From Ophelia neglecta (taxonomy: Eukaryota), in contig OZ260661.1 in the NCBI GenBank assembly GCA_965285935.1, positions 125,612,001 to 125,676,000 of the forward strand: 64,000 nt of DNA. The letters run 5' to 3'. This document shows, piece by piece, positions 1 to 12,125 of the stretch (its first letter is position 1; every line of letters starts with the position of its first letter). Under the pieces are notes generated by a model that saw nothing but the letters and a program-made list of their open reading frames with translations, was not told where the DNA came from and did not search any database. The translations under genes and the position numbers were made by a program.

Positions 1-542
1 GGTTTCTTTCGGCGCCTTTTTAAACAGGGACATTCATTGCTGAATCCACCACTTTTTTTTGAAGGCTTTTCTTCAGCAACGCTTCGACGATTCAGTCTAG
101 GCTTGATATAAAAAGTTTTGAATTTGTCTGACGTTGCAGGAATTTGACTAGTACCTTGTCCGGTATCTGTTGGAATGCCGTTTGGTGGTGTTATTGGTTC
201 AGATATATCTTGTGGATGCTCACTGAGATTTTCTAACCCCTCTGTTCTTTCCATGCCTCCTGGTCGAGGAGCGTTAGCCGTGTCCAGGGAGTGTGTCTTG
301 TCCATACTGGGCGTCCTTGGGCCTCTGGTCTCCGTGTCCCAATAGGGAACAGAACACTGTTTCCTCAGGGCTAACTTCCGGCGTCCTTTGAGAGTGGTAG
401 CTAATAATGGGGGCGGCCGGGTCACTCGCAGCGGAGTACTCTCCTCGTGCGGAGTACTCTCCTCGTCCGAATCAGAAGCAGGGTCCTTGGCTAACTGGCC
501 TGGGTCCGGACTCTCCTCACACAGCCACCGGTTCTCCGCCAT
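1..542 (-). CDS. N-terminal coding exon of an unidentified gene, running off the left window edge (MAENRWLCEESPDPGQLAKD...CPCLKRRRKK)
   Basis: Stop-free frame from ATG at 542 (context aaaATGG) to position 1, 180 codons. It is preceded by a TAG acceptor at 560-558 (exon start 557) and a perfect TACTAAC branch point at 587-581. GC-richer than the flanks. No recognisable domain. Confidence 0.7.
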   Translation of the reverse strand, partial: MAENRWLCEESPDPGQLAKDPASDSDEESTPHEESTPLRVTRPPPLLATTLKGRRKLALRKQCSVPYWDTETRGPRTPSMDKTHSLDTANAPRPGGMERTEGLENLSEHPQDISEPITPPNGIPTDTGQGTSQIPATSDKFKTFYIKPRLNRRSVAEEKPSKKSGGFSNECPCLKRRRKK

Positions 543-734
543 TTTCCTTTTAGACACCTATCAGACAAATGTCAGGATGTGTTAGTAAAGTCCACACCAG
601 CTAACGTAGCCAGGCTCTATAATAATCAGAGTAGTAATGACATTAGGGTTTACCCCAGAGACAACCTACTTCGACGACAACTTGTGAATGATTGCAAATA
701 GGTATAGATAGGACGTACGAAAATCCCTGACCGG

Positions 735-917
735 TTATAAGTACTCATGAAGAGGGGTAAATTTATCATAAATATGCAGCAAATTACCATAGGCAACAAT
801 GCAAATCTTGGATTCGTCCTCTGATATTTTGATATGACTATCTTTAAGTCCATAACAGCCGATAGTGGAATATATTAGCGTATTGAGAGAGGCTGAGCGA
901 CAGGGCTGGCACATCAA
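735..917 (-). pseudogene. Possible decayed Ty3/Gypsy reverse transcriptase fragment
   Basis: IYSTIGCYGLKDSHIKISEDESKICIVAYG loosely resembles the Gypsy RT block FSTLDL..GYHQI.I..ED..KTAF...G. Confidence 0.3.
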
Positions 918-3900
918 ATAAAACTCTGTACTCTATATTTGACATGTATCAAAACTGATATTAAGATATTTGGAAGGAAATGGTAGTTCTTTGCATATGT
1001 TCTGATATAGTACATTAAGTGTTCTACTGGTATGAACGGAAAGTGATCCAAATTCTAATTAAAACGATTAATTTTTATTTGTCAAATGTAGCATGTTTGG
1101 TTGCAAAATACAGAAGACTGAGAAAAAAATGGTGAAATGATCTCCGAAAATTAACCAGCCGTTATGTCTTATCATCATAAAAATGCTGAATATATCACCG
1201 TTTTTTGTAGACTACAGGATTTACACAATGCGGCTTACAATATTGAGCATTGTACGAAGACTCAAAGGTTCCCTGGGTTATAGCGTTTCATCGAATTACA
1301 CAAGCCTGCAAATGGTCACGACGTACTGTGAACAGATCAACAGAGAAAAAGGGTCGCACCTGAGCTGTAGATACCACTGTGATAACAAAACAGCTGCACT
1401 AAGTTGCGAAATAACCATATATTTGATACGTTGCATCAATCAATAACTTACCTTTAGTTTAGCATGAGATGCAGTCGGTGACCTAGAAACGTCCCAGGTG
1501 GTTATATATAACACCAGGAAGCAACCCCAGGTAGCGTCAAGGCGAACGTTCACCCTATGACCGTAGAGCAAGTTACGTCCACTGCTAGGGTGAACTGACA
1601 CGGCCTACTCGAGTATTGGTTTAAGACTACCTCGTAAGTTGTCCTCCCCAAGAAATAGTTTTCCTACAATAAATACAAGCAGGCTTCTCGTGCGTAGCTC
1701 CTCACATGTTGAGGAGTGCCCTTGGCCTAAGCTGAATTATATTGCGGGTCAGAAATAATTGCCTAGTACCTCGCGTGCACGGTATCCATGACAAGCCTGT
1801 CAAAGCTTCTGCCACATTTCAAACACTGCGCTAAGATAATCCTGCCATGTTCTCGCAGTGAGCGACATCCAATTGATAACGCATAAACGTGCGGTGGCCT
1901 GATTTGAATGTAGAACGCAGGGAACACACGTGCAGTTTGCAGGCGTGCAGCTAGCGGGATAACCGGGGAGCTAGACAAAGAAACATCAAATAGCGCGATG
2001 AGCTCGGCTGGACGGATGCTGTTATCATGCATTGATGGCTGGCGGTGAGTACCCACTATCGTCTGCCATGCCGGCCAAAGGAAACGATGGATTGATGCTT
2101 CTTCCGCTCATTATGGAGAATAGATAACGTAATTAGTATAAATTATTCTAATAAACCATTGGCTCGGAAAGCATGTGAGGATAATGTATCACTTAAAAAA
2201 ATAAGGCAACCTATTAATGAAGTGTACTGACCGTATTCATAGAAGCCAAGGGGTGTTCGTTGGGAGCGGTGATTCCAACGAATGGATGCCTCTTTCTAAT
2301 TTATGGAAATGAGTGAAGCGTAGGCACCGGTTTGATCCGGTCAGTTCCCCATGGGCAGATCAAGTATGGTTAAAAGGCTAATCTTTGAGCCGGTGCAAAG
2401 CCCCCATAGGTTATTAATCTTGTTATTTGATTAAAAGTTGTTGCCTAGAGATTCCAGCAAGGGTCAATGAAGAGTGAATGCGAGCCAAAAAAAAAAAAGA
2501 TTATATGTCAATGACAGTGCTTCTTTAAGCCGTTGTCTAATCTACTTTCAGCAGTTATGTTATAGCCACACCAGACCAGATTCCCTTTATAAAATCCAAC
2601 AGGCAAAGGAACTCATCATTCGACCGATTATGACAGTACTGCAGGAAGTCTCTATTATAGGCCAATTAAAATTGCCATTGTTACAGGCAAAACGGAGGGG
2701 CGGGGAGGGGGGGTGTACCCGAGCAGCCAGCAGACGACAGATGACCAGGATCAAGGGGTTAACATCTAGTTAACAGCGACTGGCTCCGGATTGGAATTCC
2801 ACACTACATCGCCTGCTCCCAACGAAATGCTGTTTGCTTTTGTTCACGACTGTGCCAGCATGCAGGTATCAGTACTAAGCAACCGATTGATTCAATGCTT
2901 ATTATTATATATCTTTAATGGGAGTTAGTTTAGGGGGACCCTGCCAAGAACTAGGTAGTACATTTACCATTTTTACAGATATCATATGCGTTGGTGCGGT
3001 TCTCGGTGTTTAAGAAATGGTCAATGCTGCTAGGCCTCATCTCAAGGAAAACACCATCTTTCTTTTGACAAAAGCATTAAATTTTAATGTATCTTTTCTC
3101 ATTTTATCCATTAGGGAATACTGATAGGTTACCAAGGCTTGCTATTGAACCACATCGCGGTTGCCATGCGATCTTTCTAAATATAAGCTTCTACTGGGAG
3201 TAAACAAGAGCTCCAGCACAATATCGACGGACGAGATTAGTTTCCTCCACAGGTAGATTGATTGTGTACCATTGTTTGTTTTCCCCCATACCGAATTATC
3301 TCCACAATAACATCTCCATCAGGTCAATGAATAACTCGTTCGATCGTCTGAGAAATTCACCTGAATTGGAATTAAACAAGCGAAATTTGCATCAATAGTC
3401 ATTGTTGGGGCCAATCAGTACTAATATTGCAGGTCCAGGCAATGAATAGACGCACATTGTGATCCAATTAGAAGCTCTGGAGTGGTTTTAATAAAGTGAT
3501 TTGACGACTTAACATATCGTTATGGATACAAAGTGGTTCAGTGCTAACAACTCCATTCCTGTCGCTCGTATTGGGAGACTCACTGAAAACTCTTTCCTGC
3601 CATTCGGCTGGGCAGCACAGTTGGTGCCAGAAAGTTTTTTGGTATTAGGACAAGCAGGTGTTTGTTGCCCTTTATTGGTATACTTTGACCGACTTGATTA
3701 TCAGATTATTACACAAAAAAGATAATTAACTTGAACGCTAGTATATTTGAAAGATCGAAGGATCGGATTGCATGCTGGTTATTGCATATTTATTCCGTTT
3801 CAGATGTCAAATTGTATTGCGATTCCATTCAAATTACCAGTAAGCAAAATTTAGAACAACCAAATTTCTTTGTGATGGATATTTTGATTTTACTTGCAAT

Positions 3901-6900
3901 AGTTGCGGATATGCATCCACCATTTCTGCATGCATCGTAAAAGTCTACCACTAAGGCCGACGAACAGCCATTTGCTGCAATCTTCCGAATGCGTTGTACT
4001 GTTTGACAGAAATCATAAAAAAAGGCTATCGAACTTCATCGCTTTCTTCCTAGAATATATCAGTAATATACTGACATATACCGTATGCTGTGCAAACATG
4101 TTGTTTCGTTATCATTTCACTAAACTAAATTTCAATCACCTTCACCAAATCCTGCAATCGGTGCAACGGCACTTATTTTGCTTTTCAAAAGAACCTCAGT
4201 AGCTAAGTTATTAGGTTTACGCAATTATTCCTAGTCGCAAAGCCTTTAGCAACTAGGAAATATAGGATAATGATCATGTTAAGAACTTAATTGAAAATAA
4301 GTCTTTTGGTCATTGACTAGACTGGGTATGTACCGTGGGGCTGTCATTCCTGCCTCCACCAAAATCGAATAAAAATCTATGCTACACAAAAAAAAACAGA
4401 ATTAAAACCAATTCAACATGGCTGCCAAAATGGCACCATAATGTGAATATTCGTTCACAACTGTAGCGACATATGTTGACATTAACTATTCTTATAAATC
4501 ACGACCAGAAGAAAAGATAAATTGTTATTTTGCCAAAAATAAATAAATGGGTGATGGGAAGTTTATCATGTCTTCCCACCAACTGGTTGGACTGCCGAAC
4601 TGTCTTGAGTGCAACAGGAAACCCAGCTTGGAAACCAAAAGTAATAGGCAAGTGAATCCGAGTCAGACAGAAGGCATCAGTCAATCCGTGGCCGCAGAAA
4701 ATCACCACTCAGCTGGAACACATACAGCCCGGGCACAGCCGCCGGTTGGCGAGAAACAAAGGGTATTGCAGGGGGTGGTCAAGGCGGGGGTTTTATTGGA
4801 CAACAGAGTAACTGGGGTACCAACGGCATGAGACGGCATGAACATCGGCAGGGAAATTGAAGTAACGGAAACAACAGTAATCACCAAGGCAGGGGTGGAC
4901 ATTAGGCCTAGGGACTTCCGCCTGGAGGGGGGAGGGGTGCTGGCAGGACGGGAGAGACTTGTGGCCCTGAATTTAGTATGGCTGGGGGCCAAGCCATGAC
5001 CAACAAGCTGTACACGCTGTTATTTCTTAGTATAGCTTGATCACTATACATTGCTGCGAGCTTAAGCTTTTTAAGAGTGAAGCTTTTTACTGGGGTTCGA
5101 ATATACTTGTAATGTTAAGGCCATTTTGCCTAACGGCCGGTTTGAAACTAATCATTATCAATCGCTTAACGACCACCCAAGCCGTGCACAGCAGATGTGA
5201 CTTGATACTATTCAACTGTAAACAAATTATGTAGACAAAGAAGGACATGCCTTTATTGTACCTCTGAGATTCTGCCCTAATCAGTTAACCGTGCACCTAT
5301 ATCAGCTAATATAGTGATCAACTAACCTCTGGTGATCATGATGTTGAAAAAGGAACTTATAAACTCATACAAATGCTTGCCACCTAGAACTGAGTTTAAA
5401 ACAGACACCATAGAAGAGAAATCAAAATGTTTTTCGACAAAGTTGGCAGTAATATACAAAAAACTTCTAATGTTGTGTATAACTTGCGAATTCGCATTCC
5501 TCGGACATTCAAGAGTTACGTTTTCCAATCGCCTCCAAGGTACCCTCTGTCTTCAGTATAGCAATGTCATGTGTCGGTCACTACCATAAGAGATCTCTTG
5601 CATTTTTCCCGTTGGCTGTCAAAGCCCCTGTAGCCAGAATATGGATTCTCAAATCAAATAGCACTAATCAAACATGCCCAAACCCACTATGTGATATAAA
5701 AGAAAGGAAAAGAAAATATCAAGGAGATAAAAGTTTAAAGTCAGGCTCGAATATATGAGAAACAAACAAGTATATAAAGAAGTATCGATATTACACTAAT
5801 ATTTTATTAATCAGTCATTAATATTTATACTACTTTTGTGCACGGCTATAGGCATGGAAAATTAATAATCGCATAAATTAAGGACAGGGTTTTAATTGTA
5901 TGCATTAATGAGGAAAACTACTGAGATCGCTGTATGATTTAACTGTGCCCATTTCTCGCATAATGGCAAATGAATTTACTTACACGTCCTTTGTTCCTTC
6001 ATAACGCTATACAATTGTTTCAGTATTATGTAAAAAAATATTCTCTTTATATCCTGTGTGAAGTTTTGTTTCAATTGATCCTTCATTGTAATAAGTAAAT
6101 AGAGGTTTTTGTATGTATTATAAGTATGTGCGTAATGATTCAATGCCATTCAACTGCCGAATCCACAGTTAATGAATGGCCTAGTCTCATAAGTCGGTAG
6201 CATAAAATTAGGCATAGCGATATACACACCCTGGGAGCTACACCATGGATCGAACCATCAACTAACGTCAACTTCTATGAATGATAACCGGCATTAAAAG
6301 CCGATTCCAAAATGTATACCGCCAGGCCTTATTGCTTTGGTTTTTAGCGCTCTTTTATGTTAAGGCCTGGTAATTTTATTATATAACCAGTGCCGATAAT
6401 AACGAGAGTATTTTTGTAAAAGAAATTAGTCGAGGCAAGATTCTAGTTTGCGCAATTCTAGCATGACGGGATACCAAATAATGACAGATGCGTGTTTTGC
6501 ATATATCAAAGGGAGGAGGGGGGGGGGGGGCATATTACCTTATGACTTTCATGAGATTCTTTCAATTAATGTGCAATGACTTCAGAAAACTGGCTTATTA
6601 CTCTTTGGGAAATTACACTTAACAACAAAGCCAGCACAGCAGCCCCTGAATATATGACTGTTTTTATCTGCCTATTTCCTATCAATATCTAGGAAGCACA
6701 TGGAATATAATTGCTTTATTTATTATGAATATCAACACTTAATATAAATACAATCATTGAACAAATTCATCAGTAATTGTTAATTTAGGCTTAACTTGAT
6801 GTGTGTGTGAGTTATTTTGATTCTCCTTATTTTATTATTGATTTATTGCCTGTAATCCTAGCATGCAAATTAATTATAACACGTGTCAGATTTACAACAA

Positions 6901-9900
6901 AAGAGTCTAATGTCAAATTCTCAATTTTTATTTTCCAAGTAAAAGATATGCTTAATATACCAGTGGTCGCTGTGTTCCCTCCCTGCCTTCTGGATTTGAT
7001 TGCCATCTTGGTTATTTTCCATTCGTACCATGCCCGGTCCCTCTGGACGTGAATAATAAGAACTTGCGAACATTACTGACAAGTCCCCACAACCCTTGCG
7101 GTGAAATTGTCGCTAGGATTTCCGCTGTAGGTTTAAAAAGGCCTATATGACGCTGCCTATAATGAGAAAATATGTCCATGATATCAATATATGAGTAATA
7201 TAACAAATATTCTTTTGTGCAATTCTACGTTGCTGGATATTAACACTGTCAGTTCCACTATAAAAAGTTCTAGTGTTTATCCTCGACTATTAATTGGTAC
7301 GTTAAACGTTTAACATTTAATAGTTTTACAAATATATTCCAGTCTGGTTGTCTGTTGATTCGACCGTTATGACCCAAATAGTCCGCATGAAAAGTATTCC
7401 CTACACTTAACACATCATATATTTAAGTATATTTGCTAAACCTAATGGACATGGACAAGAAACATGGACCAAATCACCATAATTAGTTATTCCTCTCGCC
7501 TTTGGAAATTAGCACCTTCATACCTGACCCTTACCGAGCTATCCGCTGTAAAATATCATCATTGTTGACTCTAAATGCCCTCTCTCTATCTATCAAAGAC
7601 CAACCAATTGTAAACATCGAAACTAAGAGCTTCATTGCGTATTTATTGCACTGGATAGAAACTAACCCAGCATTGTATTTGGCTTTGACAACTACTGTTA
7701 GCAATCAGATACATAATACACTGGGACACCAATAACAGCCATGACACTTTATTATGGACACCTGATCCCCTGTACTCCAGCAACTGATTGTGCTTTTTGC
7801 AAATTAATTTAGTATTTTGACATTATCGAGGGACATTCGCTCTGTACCTTGGTCTTGCCTACAGATATGCGACCGTTGATTATTGTCCAATCAAATGGAG
7901 ATCCTATTACAGATGGAAACATCTGGTTATCAGAACAGGTTAAATGCTCAAATGCTTTCTTTGTTTATTCGAAAACTTGGCGAATGGGGCCCCTAGCTTA
8001 AATACTTGGAAACAAACAAGTTTAAGTGTATTTTTTGCCCGCACTTACAGTACACAGTAAAAACAGTAAACTAGGCCGAATCCCCCCCCCCCTCCTCGGC
8101 TTTACCGGCGAAGCTTGCATTCTTTATGTATTTATACTATGAACATACAGTCGTTAGAAGGCCTCGGTTTGTGGCCTCAAGTGACCTTCGCGCCGACCAT
8201 TAAAATACACAAAGGCACATCTGGTTAACCAAGACGTCAGACATGCAAGATACTAGCGAAAGCTACTTGGATATTTAAGATCAGAAGTATATATATATAT
8301 GCATATCAAACCTTCAATACTAAATTATTCCAAATGATACCTTACGTAAATTCGGAAGGGTTATACTTTCCTGTTAATGTACGGCCAGTAAACATCATTT
8401 CACAGTCAAACAAAGTCTGCCAAAATATTATAATAGTTTCATCTGCCTGAAATCCATCAACACGCGCGATGACATGGAAACTACTTGCCACTAACGTACT
8501 ATTTGTGAAAACTAATTGGTAGAAAAAGTAGGAATATATATTCAATCTAAGAATATTTGTAACTATTGTTTAGTAAGTAGAACAGATATATACTAATGCA
8601 TGTCATATTCCATGTGCTTTTAACATCAGTATACTTATATGCATGTATCGTATGATGTGATATGATCGACTGGTATTATACCATTTTTATTTACAGTCAT
8701 TGATATGGACATAAATTCCTGTAGAGCTTCCTGGCTTAACGATGAAAGTACCAAAACATCATGACCACAATCATGAATCAGCCTGTAAAGAGATGCGATT
8801 ATTAAATTTGTTGCTACGGTAGCATTTATTATATTATCTTAGCATGGCTTATTTCTTGACTCAAGGCATTTGTCATATTGCAATACTTAGGCTATATTGA
8901 AATTTATAAAAGGGATCAGCGCATTTTTAAAAAAGTTGTTAATTTTCAATACAAAAGTCCCCCACATTTCTTATATGAAAAGTTCTGTAATGCAAATGTT
9001 AAGCTATTTTTACATATATTGCGAGTAAACAGATATTAACAGATAACATGAACTCCGCTTTATTAAGAGCTGGACAAGGATCTGTAAATGTCAGCCCTTA
9101 TAAACTCCTTTAAATCTAGTATGGGAGTGTTGTTTTGGCATTCTATGATATATGAAACGGTAAGCGTAGATGTCAAGTGATTAAGCCGGATGGAAAGCTT
9201 TTGTCAAGGTTTCGTTATTAATAGCTTGAAATGATCTGAGGCAGAAATAGAAAACAAAAACAAATATGAGAAAAGATTCTAAAGCTAGGCACGAATTGAA
9301 TCATTAATATAGCAAAGCATGTGCCTAGATAATTGGTTCTACGTGATGTTTGGCAATCTCGGATAGTGGTTATCCAAGATTCGCCCAGGTGACTCTCGCC
9401 ATCGTGACCATTATGGTTTGATTATCTACTACCTAGATTAGAATTTTGTGAGCGCTAACTACGAAGAGACAAAATGATACTACTGACAAAATAAAGCTTT
9501 CTGAAGATGTTAATTACTTGACGCGGCAAACGTAGTAGCATTGTGGAAGTGTCAAGGTTTTATAAAGCAATCACGTCATCAGAATCGTATTAAAGAAAAA
9601 GCCACCTGAGGCTGATGAAGTATATCTCAGTTTCGAATTGGGTATGCATGGTGAGCAAGACGAATCTTTTTTTGCCAGTTGCATTTAGGAAATCCACTAT
9701 CTTGTGGCCGGGTGTGGTAAATGACCTTATCCTCCTTCATCAATGACCTTGTTCTTGATGTTATTTTATTTAATAGATTGTTGTGATGTGTGCATGCGAA
9801 TTCATATTCCATGACTTACTATCAAACAAATATGTTGTACCTTTTTTTTTCAATACTCATATATACATTCAGTGTTATATTATGGTGGTTCTCACGCTAG

Positions 9901-10946
9901 CGATTACCTAAATCTTAGTGAGGGTCTCCATGGCCATAATTATAATTTACCATCAATCATTGTACATGTTCATTTTGCTATGGTCGAATAAGTATATCTG
10001 AATCTGAATCTGATGTCAGATCATCGAATGTTCTTTATTTGCCTTTGACTGAGTGTATTATAGACTGACAAATGGTTTGAGTTTGGGGAAAACCTTCAGA
10101 AGTCTGCAATCATGGGACAGAAAGTGAGGTATTCTGTTTCTATACCAAAATATGGATGATAATCACATCACGACCAGCGCAATCGACTTCGGTTATAAGT
10201 TGCGGGGGACGTACAGCATGTAAACTCCGTGTGTACTGAACTAATCATTATGTACTGGTTAAATCAAATAAAGACGGCAGGCGTTGGGTAGGAACATGAA
10301 ATTTAATTGTTTCAATTAATATAACAGTTTTACCCAAATCCTGCCACTAAGTCATTGCGTCGTAATGGTGAAAATTCTTATCCTTTTGCATCATTTTGGA
10401 ATTCCACAAATATGATAGGAATGTACAATGATAAGTGCACAACAGCATGGTAACTATATGCATATAGTTCAAACTATCAGTACAAATTTGGATACCAATA
10501 TTAGATATGTTATGAAAGGATGTAATGCTGTCTTGGGTATCTGATGTCGATTCGATATGATTTTTTTTCAGCTAATAAATAAATGATGCCTTGTTAAATC
10601 CTCTGCGTGCACCACGTGTATTATGGCTTCATGTATAGAAAGCCTTTGGAAAACAAGGCGAGGCTGGAATACAGCTATATTTGCATATGCCTTATCAATT
10701 CGAAAACTTTAAATCTTGGTGAACCTTAAACAAACATATTTGGGTCCGTAGGTACACTCGACAATGTTAATGACCATGGGTAAATATACATACGAAGAAA
10801 TGTGCCTATCACTATAAGACACATTGGAGGGGTTGAATCGCAACCAGTCTGATGCTGACAATTCATACTAGTTAATGAGATTTGGTTGAAACATTACAAC
10901 GTTTGACAACCGGTTAAGTTAATTTCAGCGGCGAACAGCAACGACA

Positions 10947-12125
10947 ATGAAATTTACACTGATCATATTGTGTGGACTCTCTCTGAGCCTTTCTATTGAC
11001 CGGTCATTTACGCTGACTTGCGACGATTTGTGCCGTCTGCCTGATTGTTACTGCCAGACCCAGGCGGTTCCTAATGGACTCAACGCTAGAAAAATACCGC
11101 AGATGGTGTCATTCACCTTCACAGGAGCTGTCACCGAAGCCACACGGAAAAGGATAGCAGAGATATTCACCTCCACTTACAAGAATCCGAATGGCTGCCC
11201 GATAGCCATGACCTTTTATGTCCTGGGTCAGTATACAAGGTATTGCAGCGTCCATTATTTATACATACGCGGACACGAGATCGGAGTTCAAGCTTTTAAC
11301 ACATCATGGCCCGATTCCTGGTCACGTGATAAATGGACCAAACAGGTGTCTGGTTTCAGAGACTATCTTTCTAAGGAAGCTCACATTCCTTTGGATGAGA
11401 TTGTCGGCATGCGTGCTCCCATGTTACATCCTGGCGGAGACAAGCAGTTTCAAATGCTGCTAGAAGAGGAATTCAAATACGATTCCAGTCTGAAAACCAG
11501 GTCGCTATCACAGTGGCCCCAGACTTTATACTTACCGTGGCAGGACTGCCACACCCCAAAATACTGTCCTAACCAAACCTATCCCACAATGTGGGAAATC
11601 CCAATCAGCACTCTCGAAACAGCCCGACAACCGTGCACCTTCCTCGACGAATGCGTCACCTCCGACGCCCTGCGCACGCATCAGGAAATATTGGCATTAC
11701 TTATCAAAAACTTGGAGCGGAACTACATTTCCACTAGGTCCCCTTTACAGATAAACATGAGAACGGACTCGCTGTCCGACCTGGCAACCAGAACCGCATT
11801 ACAACAATTTCTGGATTACCTAACGGACCGCGAAGATACCTGGGTGGTCTCAGCGACTGACGTCATCGAGTGGATGCAATACCCAGTGACCTATGACATT
11901 GCAAATACATTTGAACCATGGATGTGCCCAAAGCGGAAATTGAACACACGATGTGCCCTTGGCAAGGACAACCGAACCGTTATAGCTGTGTTACAGAATA
12001 TTGTGGATCCAAACACCCTGATACTGTGGCAAGTGATCATTCTGGCCGTAACATACGTTATAGTGGTCATCTATGACAGGAAGCAAACAAACAATACAAG
12101 TGACGAGGCGATTGATGGCTATTGA
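10947..12125 (+). CDS. Chitin deacetylase-like (CE4/NodB-homology) protein with signal peptide and C-terminal TM helix; probably catalytically inactive
   Basis: 392-aa ORF with animal CDA signatures: C.LPDCYC, PQMVSFTF, NPNGCPI.MTFYV, GHEIG, GMRAP.L..GGD.QF, F.YDSS, WP.TL, WEIP, C.FLDEC, DTWVVS...VIEWMQ.P. Hydrophobic N-terminus and TM segment LILWQVIILAVTYVIVVIY. A tttcag acceptor ends at 10928, just upstream of the ATG. Confidence 0.9.
   Translation: MKFTLIILCGLSLSLSIDRSFTLTCDDLCRLPDCYCQTQAVPNGLNARKIPQMVSFTFTGAVTEATRKRIAEIFTSTYKNPNGCPIAMTFYVLGQYTRYCSVHYLYIRGHEIGVQAFNTSWPDSWSRDKWTKQVSGFRDYLSKEAHIPLDEIVGMRAPMLHPGGDKQFQMLLEEEFKYDSSLKTRSLSQWPQTLYLPWQDCHTPKYCPNQTYPTMWEIPISTLETARQPCTFLDECVTSDALRTHQEILALLIKNLERNYISTRSPLQINMRTDSLSDLATRTALQQFLDYLTDREDTWVVSATDVIEWMQYPVTYDIANTFEPWMCPKRKLNTRCALGKDNRTVIAVLQNIVDPNTLILWQVIILAVTYVIVVIYDRKQTNNTSDEAIDGY

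Noticed and set aside
4547-4992. GC-rich overlapping ORFs of about 95 aa
   Set aside because: No domain motif or convincing splice sites; probably a repeat remnant
5322-5640. Possible decayed LINE C-terminal zinc knuckle (VTLECP) on the minus strand
   Set aside because: Too degraded to support
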